From positions 1,550,001-1,599,064 of the forward strand of contig OZ237739.1 of the NCBI GenBank assembly GCA_965178125.1: DNA of 49,064 bases, in the 5' to 3' direction. The translations under genes were made by a program, and so were the position numbers. Numbering within the stretch: the first letter of the stretch is position 1; every line of letters starts with the position of its first letter. Shown here in pieces: positions 1 through 11,522 of the stretch. The notes beneath the pieces were generated by a model, which saw nothing but the letters and a program-made list of their open reading frames with translations, made no database searches and was not told where the DNA came from. The DNA is from Bilabrum cf. latius (Eukaryota).

Positions 1-121
1 CACTCTTTGGCCCTGTCCTGGTGCCTCCCCATCACTCTTTGGCCCTGTCCTGGTGCCTCCCCATCACTCTTTGGCCCTGTCCTGGTGCTTCCCCATCACT
101 CTTTGGCCCTGTCCTGGTGCT
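1..121. repeat. 32-bp tandem repeat, ~3.8 copies visible (may extend beyond the window), overlapping the 3' end and stop codon of the PRXL2-like gene
   Basis: Unit cactctttggccctgtcctggtgcctccccat at 1, 33, 65 and partially at 97. Confidence 0.95.
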
Positions 122-689
122 TCCTCCAGCCCTCCACCGCTGCATCCCTGAGCTCAACCAGGTGGGGGTGGTCCGATGCTTTCTGCTGCACATGCAGGAA
201 CACCACATCGCCCCCCGGCATGACCACCATGGTGGCACCCTGCTGCAGCCCGTCCCCCACGAGCAGGTTGCCGCCTACTCCTCCCCCGTCCTCCTTGCCC
301 CGCGCCCTCACACGGGAATAGGCCTCCCGTGCCGCAGAGTCCAACAAGCCGAATCCTGTGAATATAGACTCTCGCCTGGTTCCCAGCATTTTGTATGCCG
401 ATTGTTGTTTCTCTCCACTTGCCGGGGGATCGTCCAGAAGCAAGAGGTCGCCGTCCCACACCCCGGCCTGCTCGAAATCATCGACGCCCTGCTCGTCCCA
501 GCTCACCAGCACAGTGCCAAACCCAAGCTCTTTCAGCTCTGGCAGCACTGAGGCCGACACATCCTTGGCCCACTGACGGCAGAGCGGACAACCCATGCGC
601 CTGATTAGCGTGACGAACTGAGGCCGATCTTGCCAAAGGTCTCCGAGCCTTAACTCATCACCGGGCGTCAAGTTCCCAGTGCTATCCAT
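96..689 (-). CDS. Peroxiredoxin-like 2 / AhpC-TSA_2 (FAM213-like) thioredoxin-fold protein
   Basis: LGDLWQDRPQFVTLIRRMGCPLCR (CxxC) and GDGLQQGATMVV...FLHVQQKASDHP motifs. First ATG at 689; TGA stop. Confidence 0.8.
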   Translation of the reverse strand: MDSTGNLTPGDELRLGDLWQDRPQFVTLIRRMGCPLCRQWAKDVSASVLPELKELGFGTVLVSWDEQGVDDFEQAGVWDGDLLLLDDPPASGEKQQSAYKMLGTRRESIFTGFGLLDSAAREAYSRVRARGKEDGGGVGGNLLVGDGLQQGATMVVMPGGDVVFLHVQQKASDHPHLVELRDAAVEGWRKHQDRAKE

Positions 690-1158
690 TGCAACTACTT
701 GTCGCGCTTTACTGCGAACGGTAACGGAGAACACTGGCCATTGGCGGGAGTTTTTGACGAAGGCGCGTGGACACGTCACGAACGCCGGAGTGCGGGAATA
801 AGACGGCTCCGCTGTGGCGTGGTCGCTTACGCTACGATATCTGAAGCCCGTTGACCGTTTTCTTGCAGAATTGGCGCACCATTAGCCCCCGTTTTACGCC
901 CGTCGCCTCGCTAGGCTGCAAGCACTTGACAAGAATCGGCCTGGCTTGCAGAGCTCGAGAACTGCTACATGAATCCAGCAAAGGCTAGCCCGCCCGCAGC
1001 CCGAGCTACCCGGATGCTTGAAAGTTGACTGTAATTTCTAATTGCCGCTAGCATGCGTTTTCGACCAAGAAAAGAATGACGGTCTCATCGGCTCACGTGG
1101 GGCATCTCTACGCAAGATCATCGATCCGATCGGAGCGATTCAAGTTGCTTGCTCCTGA

Positions 1159-4100
1159 TCAGTCATCGTCGTGGGGTCGCAGCTTCCCAGGGGCCCCGTC
1201 CCGCGCTGCACCTGCCGGGCACATGAAGCGCACCACAGCTCTCCCCCCGCCCTTGCCGTACCTCACGATACCATCCCCGCAGCTTGCCTCGTACTCGGCC
1301 GCGATGCCCTTGGGGGAGGCGTACTCGCGCCTGCCCTTGCGGCCCCGAGCGCCTGCCTTGGGCTTTGATAGTGTCCCGTCTGGGCCTGCCTCATCCGTGC
1401 ATGCATCCGGAGGCGGGGGCGTAGTTGTGGGCAGCTGCACCACGATTCGAATGGCAAACCTCGGCATGTCGACTTGCGTGTAGTACCGCACATGCAGCGG
1501 CTTGAGCTTCAGGGCATCCTTGAAGAACACGGTGGCGAAGCACGGGTACGTGAAGCCCAGCGTGCGCTCGAGGCAGTATTCTCCACGAGCCCCATTGGGC
1601 TTGGTCACCCGGTCGGTGGGCACGTCATACCCGGGGTTGATGTTGAAGTGCACCTGCTTGATCGGGTGCTTCAAAGAGGTCTCTTTGCTGACCGTGGAGC
1701 CCTTGCGCAGCCCAACCGGGCACCGCACAAACGTCCTGCACGTGAACTTACCGCTGCTCACCTGATCGCTCGTGTTGCCCACCTCTAGCACGAACCTGGA
1801 AGTGCTCTAGAATTCCAGCCGTGCGGCTGACAGGCGAGCCCGCTGCGAGGACAAGGCTGCTTCGGGCGCGGGACCAAACGACCCATCAGAGACTGCTCCC
1901 GCTCCAGTCTCACCAGATACCATCGAGTCTGCCTCGGACGCACCAACAGCGGCACCAGCACCAGTAGCCGCCGATTTATCGTCGTCGGCTCGTGCAGCCG
2001 CCACATCGCCCGCCTCCAGCTTAATGGCAGCCACGAGCTCGTCGTCCGCAGCTGCCGCGTCAATGGCTCGACGCAACGCCACGCCGCACACTGGACAGCT
2101 GCGGTAATATTTCAGCGCAATTTCCTGGCATGCGCCGCACACGAGGTGCCGGCAGGCGGGCAGTCGAACCGGAGCTGGATCAAGGAGAAGCGCGCCCCCG
2201 CACCTGTGGCACACCCGCTGGCCCAGTTCTGCCTCCCGCCCCCTCTCCGCCTCCTCTTGAAGCTTTGCCTCTCTCTGTTCATCATCCGAGTCGCTTCTGA
2301 ACAGAGCAGGTGCAGATGCAAGCTCATCTACCGTGAGGGCAGTCTCGGCACTCTCCCCCTCTGCCCGCACCACGGCCCCGACCGGCCTGCTGCGACTGAC
2401 CTCCCCAGTTTCCTCGCAGAAGTACTCGATCGAGCTGCTGCTGGGGTCCATCCGGACGCGCCACACGGGCACAGCTGACTCCGTGCTCGCGGGAGCCCCT
2501 GCCCCACTGCTGGTCGCCTCGCGGGCCTCCTTTCCTTCCGTCCCCTCGAACGACTCTTCCTCCACGATAGGCACACCGCCACCGACGGAACGTGCACGCT
2601 TTGCCGCGCCCGGCTCCGCTGCACTCGCAGCCGAGCCAGCCGATTTCGAAGCAGCGGCCATTGCCGCCCTCTCCTCCTCGTCCTCCAGAGTGATGACATA
2701 CTCTGAGAACTCTCGACCGTGCGCATCTGCCCAGGTGTGCACGCCGCCCGCCACCCGAGTCAGGTCTGGCAGCTTGTCGCTGTTGGCGGCTGCCAGGTCG
2801 CTCTCGATGCGAGGGGCCACCGACTTGTATTCATCCGCCCGAAACATGTCCAGCAGGTTGTCCGCCATGTTCTCGTCCAACCAGCCAGGCGACTTGGACG
2901 TGGCGTACTCGAACCAGCGGTTGCGCGGCAGGTTCCTTCGCATGCGGCGCCCCACCGAGATCGGATGCCCGGCGTCTTCCTGGTCGAACTGCAGCAGGAC
3001 GGGCTGCTAGATGCGAGTGTACCGTGCCACGTCATGCCCCACGGGATGGCTCACCGCCACAAAGTATGCCAGGTCCGGCTGGTCAAGGGCCGCGTTAAGC
3101 ACAGCACACGCGCCCTGGGAAGAGCCTACGAGACACAGCGCCTTGGACTTGCCCAGCGCGCGCACGATGTCCTTGAGAAGAGGACCGGGGAAGGACCGAA
3201 TGGTTTGGCGGTCCCCAGGGGTGCGTCCGTACCCGGGGCAGTCGATCGAGACTTGGTACAGGCCCGGCTATCTGCGGCCCAGCCCATCCTGGCAAAAGTT
3301 GAACTGCAACGATGAATTGCGTGGGCCTGACCCGTGCACGTACAGCACGAGCGGGTCCTAAGGTGCCCCGCACACGTGAGCGAAGATGTCCCCGTAGTTC
3401 CTCGTCTCGATCCAGACCGCCCTTCGGCGCAAGGTCGGGTGCGGGTCATCCTCATCTCCATCCATGGGGCCCCTGGCAAGCGCCACTGCCCTGTCCGATG
3501 CCTTGCTGCTCGTGGTACGAAGCGCACCCACGCGCGTGCCGAAGCGCAGGGTGGCCAATGTCTCGGGGCTTTTACCCGGGTCATCGCTCACGCACGCAAT
3601 CATGGTGGTGCGGCAGTTCCCTCCGAGCGCAGGCTGCAACAGTCGAGTCAGCATGTCATCGCGGTATGGCACGTGAGACGCATTAGACGCGAGGGCAGAG
3701 CACACCTGCCCCAGCGCCAGCAGCCCCAGATTGATAGACGTCCCGCTCCGGTCTGCAGTGCCCCCGTGCGCCTCCGCTGTGTTCTCCGACCCCGCGAGGT
3801 CCACAAGCACCAGCCGGGCTGTGCGACTGCGGAACGTAGGCGCGACGCCGGCGGCCCCATCCCCATCGCTAGCAGCCCCGCTCCCGCTGGCAGCCCTTCC
3901 TTTCGAGTCGGTGGCCCACCGGTGCTCCACGGACACGGTCAGCAGCGCGTGCGACCTGCTCGAGTGCTCGTTCTGGCCGGTGCTCGCGGTGGCGCGATTG
4001 GCCGCTCCTCGCCGGATGAGGGCAAGCAGACCCAGCGCGCTCTCTACCTTGAAAGACTTGCCCAGCGCGTACAGCAGCTCCCCCTTGGTCCCGCCTGCCC

Positions 4101-4647
4101 CCTCTCCCGCTCCTTCTCTCTCCCACCCCCCGGGCCTCTCCCGCACAGCCACGGCCGTGCGGCCTGCCTCGCAAAGCAAATCGAACGCCCGCCCCTGGTA
4201 CACTTCAACGTACCGCGCCCGCACCTCAAACTGCACTAGACCTCGCACACGAAGGGCCCTGGCAGCGTCCACTTCCATCCTAGAGACGCGCCTGAAAATG
4301 TCTTTCGCGACCTCGGGGATTACGCCGTCCAGCTCGTGCAGCTTGAGATCGTTACCGCCATCTCTACCCAGCATAGTAAAGGTCTTTCCCGATCCCGTCT
4401 ATCCGTATGCAAAACAACAAGCATCGTACCCTTCGAAGAGCGCCTCAACCAACGGCAGTCCACAGGCGCGATAGAGATCTAGCTGCGACGCACCGGACCC
4501 AAAGGTGGCATCGAATTTCTATCCAAATCCCCCAGAATCTTCGGTCAGCAGCTTCAACTGATACGAATCCCTAGAAGTAATAAAAGCGCTGGACTTTGGG
4601 GCCTCTGGCCGTATCCTGACGAAGACCTGAACAGACCTCTTTGCCAT
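1159..4647 (-). CDS. Kinesin motor fused to alpha/beta-hydrolase, WW-like, RING and YEATS-like domains (~1162 aa with TAG=Gln)
   Basis: One frame from ATG 4647 to TGA 1161-1159, interrupted only by 6 TAG (4519, 4399, 3358, 3268, 3007, 1807). Motifs: VQVFVRIRP, FAYG*TGSGKT, NEHSSRSH, DLAGSE, HVPYRD; LYVHGSG...IDCPGYG...GSSQG; CHRC...CRHLVCGAC...CPVC; LEVGN...IKQVHFNINPGY. Confidence 0.85.
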
Positions 4648-4907
4648 TGTTGAGAACGGAGACCCAGGCCAGTACAAGGTAGCTATTTATCACTATTTTC
4701 CGCTCTACAGTAATTAATATAGTTGTGTTTGCTTCTAGGTGAAACAACAGTGAAAATTACCTTGGGGATATGTGCCTAATCGGCAGATTAGGAGCAGAAG
4801 GCGTGTTTGGAGACTCGAGGTTCGCCGGCGGTACGAACGTTCCCTATTGATGAGCACTCAATTGCACTTCGGTGGATCGTTGTCCGACGCATAACTGCGC
4901 CAAAATT

Positions 4908-7112
4908 ATGGATGGGAACGATGACTTTCCAATGAAGCCAATGCAACACGACGATAAAGGTGCGTCTGGTCCATCCAACGATAGAGGGAGCAAGCCAGAT
5001 GGATCGCGAGGGAGCGCTTCACTAGTCGCCGCTGCCCTGCCATCCGCTGCTTTGCAGGCCGTTGATAGAGCAGCTGCCGCATTATTCGGCTCGACTTCAG
5101 CGTATTAGCAAGGCAAGGACAGGAGCAGGTCCAGTGTAGGCCCTGCATTGCCATCTCGGACCGAGGGGTCTCCCACGACACCGCAGGAGTAGTTGTCGGC
5201 TTCACATACAGCGCGTCAAGCGTCGCACCCAGTGCAGTAGACGCAGGCATATCACCATGCATTGCCCAGTCCCATGTATCATCATGTTTTGGCAAGGCCT
5301 CGCTCGCTGCCACAGGCAGGTATGACGAGCACACTTGATATCATGTTTCCAAGCCACCAAGGGGCACCCACAACGCACGGTTCTCCTCATTTGCCCCAGG
5401 CCACGGTCGAGAAGGAGAGCACAGCAGGGTCCATGCAAGCTACCTCGCATGCCCCGACTTCGTATGAAGGCGACGACTTCGCTGCAGCGCAAGCAGCTGC
5501 CATTCAGCGCCAGCTGGAGGCCCACGCAAAACGGACCGGAGATGCCACCCTGCTGCAGGGCAAGTTCGGACACACACTAGAATCGATGAGCGGGCAGCCA
5601 GCGGCATCGACTGGCTTATCCAACGAGACAGGGGGGTCAACAGCGGCGGCCGGCTCCGGCGCGAGTCAGTTGAGCTCTCAGGGGGTGGAGCTGGAGGAGG
5701 CGGGAGCCATGCCCGAGGTGATGGCAGCTGCACGGGCCATGTGGGAGGCATCGCTGCGGGGAGATCGGCCAGACGTGGAGGGCTTCGTGGGTGCTGTGGA
5801 GCGGCAGGCAGCTCGCGCTGGAGAGGCCCCGCTACGGGAGCACGAGCGGGCCATGCTGCGCGCCTGGGCAGATGTGAGCGACGGGGGCGCGCTGGGCATG
5901 GATGCCGGGGATCTGGGGGTGCCGGGTGCAGGCACTAGCAGTGCAGCAGCTCTTGACAGCGAGCTGGGTGACCCCGATGCGGGGGGGGTTGGGGGGGAGT
6001 AGGGCGAGGAGGAGGGGGCGGACTGGGACGCGCCGGTGCCTAGCCGGTATAGGTACTCGGACCCGGAGTCGAATGTCTTCATGCCGGCCGCTGCCAAGAC
6101 AGTTGCCTTGCGCGCCAACAGCGAGGACACAGACGGTGCCGCACCCGTGCCAGCTTCCACTGAGGACGGCGAGCGGGCCATGGGCGCAGGGGAGGCGGCC
6201 AAGCACGGCAGAGAGCTCTTCGAGAGCGGGCGACCCGGCCCCGCGGTGCAAGCGCTCGAGTCAGCGGTAGCGCAGGACAGCTCGGACGCGGAGTCTTGGC
6301 TAGCGCTGGGGCACGCTCACGCGGAGATGGAGGATGACCTTCAGGCGATCGCGTGTCTCGAGGCGGCAGTGAAGGCAGACCCGCACGACCTGCACGCGCT
6401 ACTGCAGCTGGCTGTGTCCTACCTGAACGAGAGAATGGACGCAAGGGCACTCCGGTGCATCAAGGCGTGGGTGGAATGCAACCCGTCCATGGCCGCTGCT
6501 GGCGTGCATGTGGCGGGCCACGGGGCGGGACGGCCAGCTGGGGTGGACGGTAGGCGGGAGGCGTTTGACGAGCTGCTCGAGCTCATGAAGCAGGTTGAGG
6601 TGGCGGCACCTGATGACCCAGAGGTGCTGGGTCTGCTTGGAGTGGTGTTCAACTTAACCAGGCAGGCAGAGGCTGCAGAGGCGGTGCTGCGGCGGGCCGT
6701 TTAGCACGAGCCCTCGAACCACGTGCTGTGGAACAGGCTGGGGGCCACCATAAACAACGCAGGCAGGCCTGCAGATGCAGTGCCGGCCTACCAGGAGGCG
6801 GTGCGACTGCGTCCCACGTTTGCTCGCGGGTTCTTCAATCTAGGGATCGCGCTGTTCGACTCGGACCAGCACATGCAGTCGGCCAGGGCCTTCACCCGAG
6901 CGCTGCAACTGAACCCGAATGCAACGCACATATGGAGCCACGTGAGGGTGTCGCTGGCGGTGGCAGAGGAGTTCGACCTGGTGGACGCGTGCGGGCCCGA
7001 AGATGTGAATCTGCTGGTGCAGGCCATGCGAGATAGCGACCAAAAGGAGCCGGGCGGTGGCAGTCGCACTGGGGCTGGGGACCAACCAGCGGGTGCAGCA
7101 GGGGGGCACTGA
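4908..7112 (+). CDS. PEX5: Peroxisomal targeting signal 1 receptor PEX5 / PEX5-like TPR protein (~734 aa with TAG=Gln)
   Basis: ORF-track fragments 4872, 5262, 6036 and 6723 share one frame, joined across 5 TAG. TPR region with ESWLALGHAHAEME, LGVVFNL and LWNRLGATINN; TGA stop. Confidence 0.8.
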
Positions 7113-7262
7113 CAACCTTGAGTACAGCAAGAATATGTAATTGAATGCAAAGACACCGGAAAACCTCAATAATGTTGAACAACCAATGAAGTCATCCAAG
7201 ATTCATGCTTTGCGATCAACGCTCCCACGGTCCCGAACCAACCTGGGGGGTCGTTGCAATCG

Positions 7263-10200
7263 TCACACGATCCGCCGGCCGATGCCCGCCACCAGATCGT
7301 CTCCTAGCCTTGATGCCCGCTGCAAGGCAGTCAGGGCGCCCCCTGGAACGCGGAACTGCTGCCCCAGCACGCGGCCCGACCTCTCCTCGGCTAGACCCTC
7401 CGTGGACAAGCCGGTTTCCCGAGCCTTGGTCTGGCTGCTGGAGGCGAGGGTCTCCTCGAACCTGGACGATGGCTTCACCTTGGCGGGACCGTCCAAGGCC
7501 TCCCTGGCAGGCGAGGCAGCTGGCCCAGCAGCCCCTGCACTGCTTGGCAACACTCCCTCCCCGACACCGTGCAGTGCACTCTCTCGCCCCCCCATAACGC
7601 GGGAGTCCCGACCGCCCCCGCGTGGCGTACCAGATCGCTCCACACCAGACTGTCTGCCCTGCTGAGAGGCAGCTGACCAGGGGCGGGCCCGTCGCAGAGC
7701 CTCTTTGGGCGTGGCCCCGCGGCCCACGGGCAGGTGAAACTCAGGTGCTCTCTCGGACTCGGCCTGGTGCCGGTCATGCCCGAGTCCAGCCAGAGCGATG
7801 GCACGCATTGCTTGCGAAGCCTCTACAGTGGACGGATCCTGCGACGCTCCGGGCTAGCCACCTGGCTATTGGTCGGACAGCGCAGATGACTGTCTGCCTG
7901 GCGATAGCGCGGCAACACGACTCATGAGACTGTCCTCGGAAGCATCTACCCCCGTGTGGGAGGTGCGTGAGCCACGACCCGGACTCCCCCGCTGCTAGCT
8001 CGCTCCCCCACCGCCCCCTGACGATGCTTCCAGCTCCAGCACCGAGGCCTGGTCCACTCCCAGCCGAGGGTCCTGCTGTCGGATGCGGCGACGGTCCCTC
8101 TCTGGCATGCCCACGTGGTCTATCTCGGTGGAGATCTTCCAGTCAAACAGCGAGGAGCCCGGGTTTAAGCCGCCCTTACTCTTGCTCTTGGCGCTGGCAC
8201 CGTTACCTCTGCCGCTTTTTTTGCCCCTTTTTGTGCCTACACTTGGTGGAGTCCTGTGGCTGCTGCGTGGGAAGGCCGAGCCACGGGTCTGCGGCCCCGT
8301 GCCCAGCTGAGCACTGGCTTGCCCCGCCAAACCGTGTACTGCTCGCAGCGGTGACCGGGGACGGGCCAGTCCCGACCTGCTAGAAGACGGCATCGCGATA
8401 CCTGCTTTGCTGTCGCACGCGCTGGCGGACTACTGCTGTATCTGCTGTTTCGCCTTGCGCCTTGCAGACATTGGCCGCCCCAGGCCCCACTTGGGCTTGC
8501 GTGCCTGGGCGCCAGTTGCTTTCACCAGAGGGGGGCCGGCTGGCTGCACGACACCCAGATCCGCAGATCCAGTGTCTTGCGCTGACTCGACATCCGGAGC
8601 ATCGCTGGCAAACTGCAGCGCATCACGGAGCCGGCCCAGACGGACGCTCCGCCTGGTGGCGCTGGCAGGCCGCTTGGTACTGGAAGGGCGCCGCCGGGAC
8701 TCATCCGAGACAGCTGCATCGCTGCTGCTGCCGGTGGGCGCGCTGGCATTGACGGACGATGACCGTCTTGCCGCCGGTGCAGACGGAGGCCTCGGAGGCA
8801 CAGCCGCAGACACGACCTGTTGGTGCGCCCTCGAGGCTCTCTCGGCGGCTGCTTGCGCCGCCTCGATGACCTCGGAGGACTCTGAAAGGCCCTTTGCAAC
8901 GGCTAGGTAGCGCGAGACGCCTGCATCTGGACCTGAGCGCGTTATAGGCGCCGCACCACGGGCTGCAGATACAGCAGCCTCGTTCCTGTCATCGTCGCCA
9001 TCCTCGCCGTCCTGGTTGAGGAGGTCGAGCAGGGACATCTGTCCGCCGCGGGGCTTGGTCAAATGCTTGCCTTCGCTGCTCAACTCGGCACGATGGCCCT
9101 TCGCCGTTTCCGTTTTATCAACATTATCGTTTGTTGGTGACTCCGGTCGGTCCCAGGCTGGCACACTGGCCTCTGAGCTCCTTCCGCGCACTCCGAGTGC
9201 CCCACCCGGCCTCTCCTTCTCTCTGGTCTTGAGCCTCTGCAGGGTGCCTTCGAAATCGCCACGCAGTCTCTTCATGGCTGCCAAAAAGTCGTCCGCAGTG
9301 GCCTCCACGTCAGACCGTGCCATGACGGGCCGCAGTGCGGCAAACGAATGGTCACTCCCCACGGAGTCGAGACCGCCCGGTCCCCGCCCCTGCTGCTCCT
9401 TGCCAGAGCCCATAGCGCGGGCCACGGCTCCCTCACCACGCCCCGCCACTCGAATTACTCTTTCTGCGACCAGCTCTGCACTGCCACCTTCCTCTTCCTC
9501 TTCCTCCTCCTCCTCCTCCTCCGCACCCTTACTCTCACCTGCACCAGCGCCCTCACCCGCACCCGCACCTCCACCTGCGGGCCCGCTCGCCTCCTTGCCG
9601 CGTCCCCCCCGCAGAGCACTGGCATCCTCCTCGAAGGCCGCCAGCGCCTCCTGCTCCTCTTCGGTCAGCTCGCGGGGCGCTGGTTCCCTGTACTGCACCC
9701 CATCCAGGTCGCACAATGTCCTAGACTCCTGCAGCACCAAGTCTTCCAGCCAGCGAGGCAGTGGAGCCCCCACGTCCTCCACGCCGCCCACGCCGCTACC
9801 TAGCGCGCGTGCCAGAGCCTTCAACTCTTGTCCCGCCCTTGTTGAGTCTAGCGGTACCGGTACATCCAGTTCCCGCAAGGGCACGGTAACCTCGTCCTCG
9901 TCCTCCTCCCCATTGCCTGCCCCTCGCGCCCCCGCCATACCCGACCTGGCCCTCAGCTTGGAGATGGAAGGGCCGTGCGAGCGAGCCAGAGACAGACAGG
10001 CGCGCACATCCTCGCCCTCGTCATTCCCACGGGATCCACCAGCCCCTGCCCCATCGCTGCCCGCTGTCGAGCAACAGGGGTTGCCCCTAGCGTCCAGCGA
10101 CCGCAGCCGCGGCCACGCCCGCACAGCTGCTAGCAGCGCTGCACCATCGGCTACCACTCCACTTGGATGCCGGCCCGAATCTTCACTGTCCTCTCCAGCG

Positions 10201-11430
10201 CGGGAGGCATACCCCAGTGAGCCGGACGCGCCCGCTGCCACTCGCCCAGCCAGCCCCCCTGCACCCCTCCTGAGGCTGGCTCGCAGCGAGGCGCTCCCCC
10301 TTGCCGCAGCCTTGGCCTGCCCCGGGGGGGAAGGGGAGGGTGTCGGTGTAGGCTTCGACAACGAGCTGTGCATCGAGGACCGCGACCCTTTCCCTCGAAT
10401 GGGAGTAGAGAGGACTCCCTCCTCCGATCCATCCTCGAGCTCCGTTTCAGTCCCCGCCCCAATGCTGTTCTCAGCCACGTCCAGCACTGCCAGCAGGGGG
10501 CACCGGCCTGCCAGCTGCAGCAGGGCGCGGCCTGAGATCGCGTTTCCCCGAAGAAATAGCTCAGTCAGGCGCGGAAGAGCAGGAAACTTGTCCGCATTCG
10601 CAATTGAGTTGTGTCGCAGGGCAAGAGCTGCCAGCGATCGGAGGGAGCCGAGGTGCTGCAGCTGGGCCGCCCTCAGCTGGTTGCGGTCCAGGTCCAGCTC
10701 TTCGAGGGAGCCGCAGTGGCTCAGGGGCTTTAGGTTCGAGATTCGATTGCCACTTGCCTTAAGGAGAACGAGTCGACCCATACTTGAGACAAACTGCGGG
10801 GGTGAAAATGCGGCGGAGAGAAAGAGGGCGGTTGACGAGAAGGTGATACTCCTGTCTATCGTCTTCTGTGCAAACGCGGCAAACTCACACCAATTTTTGA
10901 GATCATGTTGTTGGAAATATTAAGTCGCTTGATTCGCACCAACCCTGTTAACGGGCTTGGGTCTGATATCTTGTTGCTGTCCAGTCGAAGATTCACAATT
11001 GCCTTGCAGGCAGCTATGTTGGACAAATTACGAATTTCGTTGGACTACGCCCACAGCTCCTGTAGGGACTTGAGTCCACCAATGCCATCCAGATCGGTAA
11101 GCTTGTTGTGATACACGTGCAGCCTCTTCAGCCTTCGACATGATGCTTGCAGCCCGGAGAGGCTGGACAGACCATTTAGTCCCAGTTCAATTGACTCGAC
11201 CTTATCTTGCCTGTCAGACCCAAGATCTATGGAACCTAAGCCAAAGTTTTTGAAATCGTACGACCCATCTGCCTATATCGGCGTTTTCTGCAATATAGTG
11301 ATCAAGCAGTGTGCCAAGTCAGGTGACAACTGGGCTAGCCCTTGAGGAGTTCGGGTTATGGCAGCACCAATGGACTCACTCTGAGTAGTTGCACAGTGAG
11401 GGCTCTATCGTATTCTGTATCAGGTTCCAT
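7263..11430 (-). CDS. Leucine-rich-repeat protein (SDS22-type LRRs) with long low-complexity C-terminus; 2 introns
   Basis: LxxLxLxxNxI repeats (LKRLHVYHNKL, LEELDLDRNQL, LTELFLRGNAI). GT-AG introns at ~11379-11289 and ~10888-10794. 6 in-frame TAG; TGA at 7265-7263. Confidence 0.75.
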
Positions 11431-11522
11431 GATTTGTGCTGTCGTGTCGATGAGGCAGACATTTCCACTTTGAAGCGAATGTTCAACGAAGTTCCATTCC
11501 GCTGCGAAGGCCGCGGAGCTTA

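Noticed and set aside
9016-10923. Long antisense ORFs (e.g. 635 aa at 9016-10923, and others opposite the kinesin, MFS, AKR and PKD2 genes)
   Set aside because: They are shadow ORFs of GC-rich coding sequence with Ser/Pro/Ala-biased, motif-free translations.
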